DNA from: Epiperipatus broadwayi
Taxonomy: Eukaryota; Animalia; Onychophora
Reading direction: 5' to 3'
DNA length: 64,000 nucleotides
Assembly (NCBI GenBank): GCA_028023455.1
Contig: JAQFVV010000005.1
Location: forward strand, 15,624,001 to 15,688,000
Position 1 is the first letter of the stretch. The number at the start of each line of letters is the position of its first letter. The notes under the pieces are model-generated. The model saw only the letters and a program-made list of their open reading frames with translations, was not told the DNA's origin and did not search any database. A program made the position numbers and the translations under genes. Below, piece after piece: positions 1 to 12,345 of the stretch.

Positions 1-3000
1 GTAAAAGATAAGAATCTTTTGATTCTAATTCCCTCTCTTTTTTTAATTAGTTGAAACATTTCTTTGTTCTGTAAATTTTTTCCAAGCTTGCTTTTTTTTC
101 TTTTTTTTTCCCAAACATAATATTTAATATTCTTTGAATGTTTAATATTTATATGTGTGACCGCAATATGTGCGATCATCACAATATATTCTTGGAAGAG
201 ATGCAATAAATAGATAGTTGCAGTCTTAAATGAATCCCAGGAGATAATAGGACTTCATGTGAGGTATATGGATAAAATTCCTGAAATGATGACCAATTTT
301 AAACTTGATTTTATTCAGCAGTGAATTGATAATAATTGAAAATGATGATAGATTTAAAAATACTTTTGCTATAGTAATTTAATAAAATTAAAAATTTTAA
401 ATCTCCATTTATATATTTATTATATTTTTACAAAATAAATTATTCTATTGATTATAGTTGGAAAAAAATTAAAATTAAATTTTTACATAAAGATTGAGAA
501 GAAAATGTTTATGATAACATTTAAATAATATACTATTACCCTTGATAGAATTTAAACAAAGCTTTAATTCAATAAATATATGCTTAACAATATAGCTCAA
601 TACAGAATTAAAAAAGATTAAAATTACTACAAAAGGTTCAACATTATTATAAATTGCCAAAGTTTTAATATCATTAAAATCATAATTGATAAAAGTAAGT
701 TTTATGTCATGTTTTTTAAAAACATATGTATAAATATTCGAGAGTGATTTATCGATTCTCATCTTTCAGAAATTATTTCAGAATAGATTTAAAATAATTA
801 CATAAAGCTAAAATAATTGAATATTTATGTTTATTGAGGGTATTATTTTTATTAAAATCAAAAGAAAAAAATTGATAAAGAAATTATTCTACTCATTACT
901 TTCAAATATTATTTTTTATGATGTCAAAAATGTGAAAAGATAACATAAAAGTGACTTCATAACCACTTTTGTAATCAGAATTAATTTTATTAAGATTGAA
1001 TATAAATTAAAATTGTGTGAAAATTAAATGTTGAAGTCTATGAAAAAAAAACCAAGCACTTGACTGAAGTACTGTAATTAATAATTTAAATTAAGTAACA
1101 CCATATTTATCAAACAATATTGATTATTTGAGCAGTTGACTTAATGTAAATAGAAGCGTTGGTTGTGGTCAGCATTCTATTTAGATTAGAAATCTTTAGA
1201 TAGTCATCAGGAAGAAGAGGGAATAATTCACCTGTATTTTCCAGTCATAGTTTTTGATAGCCTAACTAATTGCTACAGCAGATTTATAATTCATTTATAT
1301 CACTAAAATTATGATATATTTCAACAAAGTAGATAAATATATTAGCATGGTTACATAGGATATTCCATTTTTGAATTGTTTTTTTCTTCCTATTTAATAA
1401 GTGAAAAAATAATATCCAGCTAAATTACCTACTGCCTAAAAAAATGTTATTGCCTATTAAATCATGTTTGGTTGCCATAAGATATTGAATATGGAAGAAG
1501 TCGAAAACTCAAGAACAAATGTGTTAAAGAAATTAGTAATTAAAGATAAAGTATTGTATTTAACTAGCAAAAGAATCAACTTAAAAAGTATTATACATTA
1601 GAGAGCTCTAATAAAATTCATGAAATGCACAAATTACAGATATAAACTGTAGATGAGAATTCAAATTTTATACAATCTAAAATGTACATTTTAAATAGCT
1701 TTATCCTATAATTTTTAAGATTTAGAATTATCATGTTTTTAAATCTAATATATTATTAAATGTCATTGAGATTTATATACTGATTTTATTTTTGAGGGAA
1801 TATGGAGTATGCACACACACATCATCTTATCACTGCTTTATTTTAGAAAATAGCAGGATTTTTTTTTTTTTTAGCTATTACCATTTGTTGAATAATTCAT
1901 TTAGCAAAGTGGCTTATGGTCTGGCATTTTACTATTATATTCTACTATTATTTTATTATTATATAAAAGTCTATAACTAGAATTTAGGCATATAGTAAAA
2001 TAAATCTACTGGTATATTTAACAAATCTTATTTTCCTAATAATTTTATGGTACACATTGATGTATGTATGAATGTTTTCAATTTATAATAAGAATAATTT
2101 AGTTTGTGATAAACTGTATTTATTATTTTATTAAACTTATTAAATTCAAATTCTGTATCAAATGTAATCTTTTATTTTTTTTAATATATATTCTATACTG
2201 AGTCATACATTCTAACAAGTTATGCTGTAAAGACTGTTAGATAACAGAAAAAGTGAGCAGTGGATTGTGTTGGAACGATAACAGAATAATGAAGGTAGCT
2301 TATCTATAATGCAATGAAGCTTCTATTAAAGAAATGAAAATTGTGACAAAAGAAAAGCTGGACTTATTCAAATAATCATTATTGTACATTATGTATAAAT
2401 CCAATAATTCTAAATGTGGCATATCTGAAATGTGGCCCATGAAAGTGTGGAGACCTGTATTTTGCATCACTACCTTTTATAATATATATATTTGTTTGCT
2501 GATCTGATCAAATATTCCATCATATAAATTATCTGCCCAACATGTGATATATACATAGATGGTTATTTTTCTTCAACTTTATTATTCTGACTCATAAATT
2601 GGCTAACTATATAGTCAAACATATAATTGAAATAACCTCATGTTTATTTATAGTATACTATTCTACAGACCAAAGTGAAAATACTCTTTACTAAAATAAA
2701 CCTGTAGAGAAACAAATAATTATTTTTTTATTAATTATATACAAATTATTAATAATGAATAATAAAAAATTGTCAACAGCAAAATGAGCCTGATGTAATA
2801 TTCTAAATAAAAAAAAAAAAATTAACTCTACCATAGTAATGTTATAATTTCAAGGTCATTGCTGTGTCAGTCAATTTTCCTGATTGATGTTTCATGGAGG
2901 GAACAAACAATATTTTTTCAACTGAATAGAACTGTTGCCTCATGTTCATCATGGATTTTCTTTTTCTTTCTGAAAAACTGACTATATGTAATATAAATCA

Positions 3001-3989
3001 ACAATATAATCAAAACAACAACTGTCACATTATTTTTTCAAGAATGATTATCTTCATTTTACTCTAGAGTGATTTACTATGATGTGATGCTATAAAATCC
3101 CTATCTCAAAATTAATTAATGTCTTGCTTTATCTTGATAAATGAAGATAAAGATTCAAAACTGGAACTAGTTCACTCATCATTTAGTAAACATTTTTTAT
3201 TCCATTATACTATTGCAAGCTAACACCATTTTATGCCCATTGATTTCTCAAACCTACAATAGATGCCTCTAAAAATAGAGTAAAGATAACTGCTCTTGGA
3301 AACATTAGTAAGCATATGAGAGATATCTGATATTGATATTAATATTCCTAGCCAAAGGGCAGAAGGGACCCACTGTTGAAGTAAAACTGAAATCTCAAAA
3401 ATAAATAGAAACTGACATGGTATCATAAATATATAGCTATAAAGTGAGTTAGCCTGAGTTTGAAATCATAGGATTTTTTTAAATTTTAGGTTATTAACTT
3501 CAGTAGTATAAAAGAATAGAAAATGGCTTCTAGGTGCATAAGAGCTTTAGTTCTAGCTGTGAATCCTAGTCTATATTGATAAAAATAAAAACCAGAAATA
3601 GGTCATTCTGGAAATAAATATTTTATAATACTATATCATCTGTTTTTATTGATTACTCAGATGTAAATGATTCTAAAGTAAGGTAAAGTTAACTGGTAAT
3701 ATAATGAATAAATGATTTATTATAGGTGAAGCATTTACAGTCTATGGTTTAAATGCACATTATATTATCAAAAAATGCAGTAGAAAGTGTCACTTGGCTT
3801 TTTCTTATTGCACTTGCTTTTCAGGAAGATCTGAAACAATTTATAATATCATCTGTACGAATGCCTGAATCTTATATGTAACAAGCTGTATTTACCCAAA
3901 AAGTTTAATTTCTGATATGGTATCTACCAACCTCTATTATCAGTTGTAACTATTTCCTGATAAGCATATTGCAAGATGGAAACAAAGAT

Positions 3990-4200
3990 TGGCATTACCC
4001 AATGTTTATATTACCACCCTACAACAATATTTCCTGCTCATCAGAGGATGTAGCATTCAAGAGACTGGAAACATCTAGAAAATTTGTTTGTTTGGTTTCC
4101 CAAACAGCACCACTAGAGTTCCAGCTTACCACAACCTTACTTACTTATTCAGATCTGGCTATGCTGAACATAGCTCAGGAGGCATGAGATTCTTGTGAAC
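3990..4200 (-). repeat. Dispersed repeat (family D), homologous to 10375-10580 (+), with a hammerhead-like core
   Basis: Shares gagctatg..gatct, ctagt..gctgt, ttctaga and the 18-mer TGATGAGCAGGAAATATT with 10375-10580. Confidence 0.55.
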
Positions 4201-4396
4201 AAATGCAATAAATGATGAGTGACATAAAATGAAACTGACTAGATAGATTAGTTTTAGATAACAATGATTTATTTGACCACAAAAGTTATTGGATTGATAT
4301 TTTCTGTATGCGCATATATTCCTAGATCAGTTTGGTTTACATTTAATCATTGATGATTGGTGCAATAAGTCCTTCAACTATAAGTTCTGTAAAAAA

Positions 4397-4920
4397 ATAT
4401 GCATCCTTGATTGTGGTATCTGGATGCAAATCTCGGTCATTCATCTGGGATCCAGGTTTATGGATATAAATTCAAGTCATTCATCTTTGATCCAGGTACA
4501 TGGATATAAATTCAAGTCATTCATCTTTGATACAGGTATGTGGATATAAATTTAAGTCATTCATCTTTGATCCAAGTGTCTGGGTTTAAATTCAAGTCAT
4601 TCACTTATATTAAAACATTCTCTAATTCAGATTTGTAGATTTAAGTGTACTTAATTCATCTTTAATTCAGGCATATGGATGTAGGTTCAAGTCATTCATT
4701 TATATTAAAAGATTAATTCTCGAATTCAGCTTTGTAGATTTGAGTTATTCATTTGTTTAATTCATCTTTGATACAGGTGTATATTTGAAGTAGAAACACA
4801 TTCATTCAATTTAATTTTTTACATAGAAACATTTTTAATCTGTGTATTATAAAGGCATATCTAATCCCAGTTTATATTTGAAGTAGAAACATATTAAATT
4901 TAATTTTTCTATCAAAGCAT
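4397..4920. repeat. 40-bp minisatellite decaying into longer composite units
   Basis: Unit tcattcatctttgatccaggtacatggatataaattcaag starts at 4437, 4477, 4517, 4557 and 4597 (partial), with a degenerate unit at 4397. Longer degenerate units follow to about 4920. Confidence 0.9.
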
Positions 4921-6321
4921 TACAAATCCTGTATTCACGTATATATAAATACATCTTTGATTTAACTCACATATTATTATATTTTTCATTTATTTTTAAA
5001 TGAATGTTCTTAAGTTCTTAAAATCAGTATAATTATTATTCTTTAAAAACATTATTCTTTAACAACTTTATTTTATGTTTCATTTGATAAATCAATCATT
5101 TGAATAATTGTATTTTATACGTTAATTATTTCAAGAAATACGTTTTCAAAATATATTTAAATATTATAAATGTATCTAAATTTTCCTAACCTTGATATCT
5201 AAATCTTCACATCAAGAAGGGGTTGACTTGGGATGAATGGCACACTGAATTACTGCTGCTGTTAATTGGGCATGTTTTCTGATTTTTCTGGGCTTTTCAC
5301 ATGTTTGGAGAGAGAAAGAAGAACTGATTTCTACTCACTCATACTGGAGTTTTCCAAATTAATAATGCACTTTTCCATTATACAGTTATCCAGTAATAAA
5401 AAGTTTTCTTCTGTTCATGATAACTGCGTTTTCCAATTTGGTTATTTTAGAATTCCAAAAAGTAATAAGTTGCATGATAATGACTGCAATTTTCAACAGG
5501 ACTCACTCTTGACCATCCTAGTAACTGATTGTGCTGTAACTTAACTTATCCAATTGTAACTCTCATTGTAACTGTAACTTATCTAATTAAACTGCTCCTT
5601 TTATTTCTTCTGCTTTCTGCATTTTTTTATTTGCCAACATGTTTTTAAAAAACAACTGATTAAGAGCAAAAGGCAAGTGTTTTTACATTTAAATCTGAAA
5701 ACATATAGCTCTAAAATAAATCGTATCTGTAATATTTTAAATTGAAGATTTATCAATTAATGATAAAGATTTATTAATTAAATGCTTCTTTTATATATTT
5801 TTTATTTTACCATTTTTTTTAAATTTGTTTTTATAACACAATTGGAAAAGTGGTTTTAATTCACTATCACTTGCTTCTTCATTTAAATTTTATTTACTGA
5901 ACCACCTCAGTTTTATTTTTATTTTAGACTGCTTAACTGGGGAGGGAAAGAAATCTTTAAAATATATATATGAAACAACTTGTCTGTTTCAATTTTTTTA
6001 AAAAAATTATTAGCATAATCTGAAAGTGATCTTCTAAAATAAAATATATTTGAAAGTTGTGTTACTTTGGAGATCACATGATGTTGAAGCATTGGAAGTG
6101 GTGGGTTGAGTTTCTATAGCTGTTTAAATTATGATCACATCTAATGTCTTTATTACTTCAAAACTAGTTAAACATAATGACATCAGAGATGTTTACTTCC
6201 AGCCATTATTAAGAAGATTTTCCAGATAGTGCTAATATTTTAAAATTGTTTTTTTTTTTAAATAAAAAAGGATCCACTTCTTTTCTCACTTTTGTTTTTT
6301 GAAGTAGTTATATTATAATGG

Positions 6322-6968
6322 GTGTGTATAAAAATATAATTTAGTATACTTCTCCAATAAATCTAATAGTATATACAAGTGCTTTAAAATTCTGGGTGAA
6401 GAAGCTGTTAATGGCAACAAAACAATCAAAATAAATCAATGTAGGCTAAGTCATAGCCAAAATAGATTTTAAATCATTGTTGTAATATTGATAAATGGTA
6501 ATGTATGCAAATGCATATGCAAATTAACTTGTCCATTTTCTGGAGATAGTGAAGCATGTGTCACATCTATTAATTGCATAATTGTCATTGATGATAAAAT
6601 ACGCAAACTCTCCAACCTCAAAATTGTGTGCACTGAGGCTAACAACTGCAAAAGGATGATAAAAGAAGCTCATTTTATCATCAATGACAATAACACGATT
6701 AATAGATGTGACACATGCTTCGATATCTCCAGAAAATGGACTAGTTAATTTACATATGCATTTGCATACATTACCATTTATCAATATTACGACAATTAAT
6801 TAAAATCTATTTTGGCTATGACTATGAGGAATATCACCTTGAAAGCACTTAGCCTACATTGATTTATTTTGATTGTTTTTTTCTTGCCATTAACAGCTTC
6901 TTCACCCAGCATTTTAAAGTGCTTGTATATACTATCAAAGTATATATAAATTATAAACCTATACACAT
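6322..6968. repeat. Long fold-back inverted repeat (MITE-like)
   Basis: 6366-6600 is the reverse complement of 6672-6935, with a ~71-nt spacer. The right arm carries an extra ~27 nt, and weaker pairing extends outward. Confidence 0.93.
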
Positions 6969-7699
6969 ATTTCCATATATGCTTATGGTTTTGATTGAAC
7001 ATCGGTTTTTTTCAGAATTTAAAATTTCTTGTTGAAAAAAAATGTTATTACATTGATTGTATTATTTTTCTCCAATAAATTTTAAGGTCTGAAGAAGTCT
7101 GTTGTGCAGTTGAAACTGTAGAATAAAAATTAAAAATTGCATGAAAATAAGTGAATAAGTGATTTACTATTTATCTTTATTACAGAAAATTCTGTATTGT
7201 TATTGTAACTATCTTATCTAACATAATTCAATAAAGTTCTATCATGTTACTACTTATATCATCATTTCCAATTTTAAGAAAAATAGTTAATTAGGACAAT
7301 TTTCTGAGTTGAGCATCCTCAGAAATGGTCATTAATTGTATTTATTATGGAAATACTCATGAACAGAAATATTGCAAATTCGTAAATAAGTAAATATTAC
7401 TTTTCTAATTTAAAGTCATGTATATTATTTATGAAGCCACAAAAGAAGTAACAAAATTAAAAATATTTTTGGGTGACTGATTGGGGAAATATCAAAGATC
7501 AGCTAGGAAAGACAGGGAGCAGTAATATAACAACAGTATTTTAGTGGATTTGTGGGATGAAAAAAGTTTTAATTTTGAGTTTGCTGAAAAATTTAAAATG
7601 ATGGATTATAACTGAAAAAAAAAAACAAATGTTAAACAAAGGGGAGGGAATATACAAATGATGTGCATTACAAAACTTTTGAAAGATCAAATCATATAA

Positions 7700-8060
7700 G
7701 TCTTGAGATTATTACCAAAATAAAGTTATGAAACTGATGGCATTACATTAGAAACCACTCATCACCCAACAAATTGGAAGAAATCAATTTATATTTCTTT
7801 ATTAAAAAAATCAAGTGTGCAAACTATTATATAATCTTTTTTATATCATATTCAAGTGAAGTTGTACTAAAAATTATTCAGTAGAAGTTAGAACCATATC
7901 TTGCAATAAATCCCAAATATATAGATTGGTTTCAGGAAGGCTTGGCCAACACAAAATATTTCTGACATAGTGAATAATGAAAATGATTGGGTAATACTAG
8001 AAGACAACTGGTACTTTATTGCTTACAGTGGAGTTTTTGATTTAGTTAGCTGTAATGAGT
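7700..8060 (+). mobile_element. Highly decayed LINE reverse-transcriptase fragment
   Basis: Broken-frame motifs resemble DGITxE, WKKSIYISLLKK..KCANY and GFRxG of RTE-type RT domains. Confidence 0.4.
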
Positions 8061-10374
8061 TTCAGAATGTTCTGAAAAATGGCATCTCATTGTTTTATCA
8101 AGATGATCATTTTCTCCACTTCTCTTATATATATATGTAATGACAATATATAAACAATAGAAATAATTGAGTGAATCCATATAATAATTAGAATAATTGT
8201 GATGTAATTATGTTATTAGGCAATGTCTAATCAAAATTACTAGCTCCAATTTTGATCACATGGTAACAACTTTTATCATGAATTTTATTGGTTTCAGACT
8301 AACAAAAATAGCTCTGTCTTTACTGCACAAAAATGATATTATACACTAATATAAAAGTTTATTAGATTTGTCTTTTATCTTCTAGTTATTTTTACTGTTT
8401 GTCTTAATCATCTCTGAAAATATTTAATAACAATAATATATATTGTAGCTATGTGTAGCTACATCATGCATTAATTGTGAATATCAAATTTAAAAGCTAT
8501 TAATTAGCAGCATATTAATTATTAAAACTCTTGATATATAAAAGTTAGTTAATTAATAGCAATTTAATTCTAAAACCTCACTACATAAACATTTTGTTTT
8601 AGTATGTGTGTTGTTTCTTTGCATTTTCTCTCAAACAAATATTTCTAAATAAAAAAAAACAACTCGCTAACTAATTTAAAAATTAATTTTGGAAAAAAAG
8701 AAAAGGAGAGAAACAGTTTTATAAAAGTTATCCACAATGAAAAGTTTGAACTAATTTTCAATTTATTAAAATGGGATATTTCAGAATAAGTTTGTAGTAC
8801 TAAAAGAAAAGAAAAATAAATATTTTTTATTTTGGTTTTTTCCTTTCTCTGTTTCCAATCATGATAAGTCATCATATTTATTTTCCTGTGCTTTTTAAAA
8901 AGCAGACATTGATGCTGTTTATTAATAAATACCTTATAGAACTTACATTGAGGTAATTAAATCTGATGTTATAAAGGGTTGTCACTATAAATTTATGTCA
9001 GTATACATTTTAGCAAAGATTGTTTTGTGACTACATTCACGTTAGCTAGCAGATTTTTTTTTTTTATTGTGAAAATCATCTGTGTATATACACACTAAAA
9101 TCACAAAGAATTTCAAATATGTAATGGATTCACATATATATAAGCTAAATTCCAAAAAATGGCTTGTTGAGAAAACAGCGATTTATTCCCAACAGCATGG
9201 CTTTTCACATAAAAAGAAAGTGAATTGTTTAGTCTGCATAATCTAGCATGAAGAAAAAAAAAAACTTAATTGCTTTATTTCAGCTCTTATCATACATAAA
9301 TACTTAAGTGTGGTTTACCAAAAGAAGAATGACAAACAAGGACCAGCCAAACTAACATCAAACTATAAACTGATCATGGATGAATTACAATGACCATTTT
9401 ATTAAATTTGACAGAATTCACAATTTTTCCAAAACTACTTGGATAAAAATTTGTGTGATTATAAAATGCACAGGTGTGACTAGTGAATGAAGAACTCATT
9501 TCAAACTCTGGGAACATAATGATAAAGATACTTCAACTATCTGTTATTGAACTGATTTTATTTCATGTTGAAACTCCAAAAATACATAAGAAACAATAAA
9601 AAATCTTCACAAGGACTATGTACTGGACCAAAGTGTTAATTTTATATTTTTCTGGAATAATTATTGTTTTGCTGACAAAAGAATAATAAACCAGGAGTTA
9701 ATGTAAGAGTTATCATCACCACTATATTTATTAAGACAATAAAGCCAATTACTGAAGATTTAATAGCTTTATAAATATAGATGATAACAGTCAATCTTTG
9801 TTATCAACAATCTCAATCTATAATCAAGGAGGTTGTCTTGATTACGGTTAAGATTGTTGATAGCTTAAAATTTGATTGTTATCACTATATTGATAATAGA
9901 ATATAAATATTTTTTTCTTTCTCAATTATTACCAATATCAGTTTTTCTTGATATTAATACATCTACTCTAAATCTTGTGTGTTTGCTTTAGAATAAGGTG
10001 GTGTGTATGTATATTTTGTAAAACATGGATATTATCTATTTTTTTTATTATTATTGTATGTTATGTATTTTTTATTTATTTATGTATATAGTTTCAACCT
10101 TTGGCATGGCATTTGAGTAATAATATATATATATATATATTTTATTAGTATATGTATTTACTTAATTTAAAAGAAAAGATAATGCAATATTTTTGTTACC
10201 TGTTGATGCAGACGCCTTATCAGAGTCGATCATAGCAATTGTTTGAGAGGATGTAAAGACCACTTACTACCAGAATAAAATTGTTATTGTTACATCTGTT
10301 TTGCCTTATTTACTTTTCATTTGTGCATTTCATCAAATTAATTAAATAGTGCAACATTATTGGTGACTTTCATA

Positions 10375-10580
10375 AATTCCCAGAGCTATGATCCAGAATT
10401 AACAGGATCTCTTCAAAATGTATTGGTTTAAACCTAGATTGCTAGTAGGGCTGTCCTAATCTTTGGAAGTACAACTAGCTAAAACTAGTAAATATTCTAG
10501 AATACTTAGGTAGCATGAGTTTATATCCATTATGATGAGCAGGAAATATTATTATGTTGAGTTAACATTATCAGCAATAG
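10375..10580 (+). repeat. Family D dispersed repeat, second copy
   Basis: Colinear similarity to the reverse complement of 3990-4200; ATGATGAGCAGGAAATATT at 10532-10550. Confidence 0.5.
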
Positions 10581-10763
10581 GCTTTAAGCTGATAATGTCC
10601 CTCAGTATACACATCATAATGTATGCTTGGGCTAATAAGCCAGTTATAGTTGTGACTACATTTGATATGGCCATGGTAGTGTAAGTGGGCAGGGGAGGGG
10701 GTCCCTGTTACAATATATACACATGTAAACATTTTAATGAGAATTTTTCCATATAATGTAGAT

Positions 10764-11100
10764 CAGGAGTTAACAAACTTTTTAATCTGAACAGAGATTG
10801 GCTTAAAAATAAATAAATAAAAACAAAAATTACTTTGACAGTTTGCTTTATTCACAAATATCTAATATTTGAATATTCATCATATACAATAATTACTATT
10901 CTATAATAAGACTGAATTTAAGAAACAACATTGTGAAGCTCATCTTTCCTTCTCCTAAAGTCATCAAAATATTTATTTACAAATTACAAGAGGAAATAAG
11001 AAATTGTGTTTATGATTATCATGATAAAAAGAGCCACAAGATTCAAATCAAAAAGCCACATTTGTCTCACAGGCCATAGTTTGCAAGGTTAAACCATGTG
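10764..11100. mobile_element. Non-autonomous hAT (Charlie-like) element, degraded
   Basis: Starts CAGGAGTTAACAAACTT after atgtagat. The internal segment is similar to 32170-32330, and the right end is degenerate (followed by atctaaat). Confidence 0.6.
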
Positions 11101-12189
11101 ATCTAAATAATAGTATTTGCCTGACTCATGTTAAACCAAATGTTAGATCCTGTATTTTCAACTTGCATTGATAATTTTAATTGATTATTTTCTGGTTGTA
11201 TTGCAGCTGAAATCTTATCTAGATCATTGCGGGGAAAAATTCCTGCTATATTAAAATGTTTGCCTCTATAAATTTGTGAAAATCTTTAAATATATATATT
11301 ACAAATTTTTATATTGTTTAGGAAAAGGGTATAATGATATTTATGAGAGTAATGGTGCAATTTTTGATGTTGTCATTGTTTAATTTATATATATGAAGTA
11401 TCCTGAAGATGTCCTATATATTGAAAGAAGTCAAAACATTATGTAGGAAATAAATAACAAATAGTACAACAGCAAAATTAATATATATTTTAATAACAGG
11501 AACAAAAAAAAGCAAAACTATGGACATAATAAAATATTAGTAAATAAATAATTTCATATAATAAATTTAAAATAAAATATAACTTTTAAATTATTAAACA
11601 TATATAAATATTCTCAATGTCACATTTATAATCATTATCATTTTTTTATATTATCAAAGATTATTATTTATAATAATTAATATGTAATAAAAAGTATTTT
11701 TTATATATTGTCTGAAATTTGATTGTTTTTATTTTATAAATATACCTACCTATTCATGGAACAAGCAAATCTGAATAGCTAATTAAGATTATTCATAAGC
11801 TAGATGATTTTTTATCTGACAAAATAGATTGACATTTATATAACAAAAGGTGGACATTATTTGCAAGTTCATTTAAATGATTCTATGAATAGGTTTATAT
11901 TTTTAGCATTATATATTCATTAGAACATATATATGTATGTAATTAAAAGTAGCTGTAGTAAGTAGATGGTTTCATGTCACAAAGAAGTTAAATATGGTTT
12001 TATATTTTTATTTTATTTTTCTGGAATTTGATTAATATTTTTTACTTTATATGTATAATTAAAAGTGGCTATAGTAAATAAATGGATTTATATTGCAAAG
12101 AAGTTAGACATGATTTCATTTTAATCATCCTTTTTATTTTGTTTTTTCAATGCATACACCAGATCTGATGAAGATAAATATAAATTGGG

Positions 12190-12345
12190 GGTTGGTGGAA
12201 GAAACATCGGCCATTTAGTCAAACTGATGACATCTCTTTTGTAGCCAAAAATGAAGGAGATATATGATTGAGGATTGGTGGAAAAAATATCAGTCATTTA
12301 GTTAAGATGATGACACCCCATTTATAGTCAAAAATGGAGATATGG
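12190..12345 (+). mobile_element. Tandemly duplicated (83-bp period) LINE RT fragment
   Basis: Two copies (ttggtgg at 12192 and 12275) read GGRNIGHL..DDISFVAKNEGD and IGGKNISHL..DDTPFIVKNG, i.e. the (Y/F)ADD region. Confidence 0.55.

Noticed and set aside
4437-4603. CRISPR-like regular repeats
   Set aside because: Head-to-tail units without unique spacers, in a eukaryotic intron; this is a minisatellite.
6488-6784. Twin 86-aa Cys-rich ORFs on opposite strands
   Set aside because: A by-product of the inverted repeat, with no splice, codon or homology support.
7088-7128. CTGAAGA..GAAAC hammerhead-like string
   Set aside because: Stem II is plausible, but there is no stem I, stem III has a 1-nt non-palindromic loop, and no second copy was seen.
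7290-7330. Minus-strand CTGAGGA..GAAA..GTC string
   Set aside because: No stem I and a mismatched stem III; likely chance.
10532-10592. Box C/D snoRNA (ATGATGA ... CTGA)
   Set aside because: The terminal stem does not fit K-turn geometry, and the region is part of a dispersed repeat.
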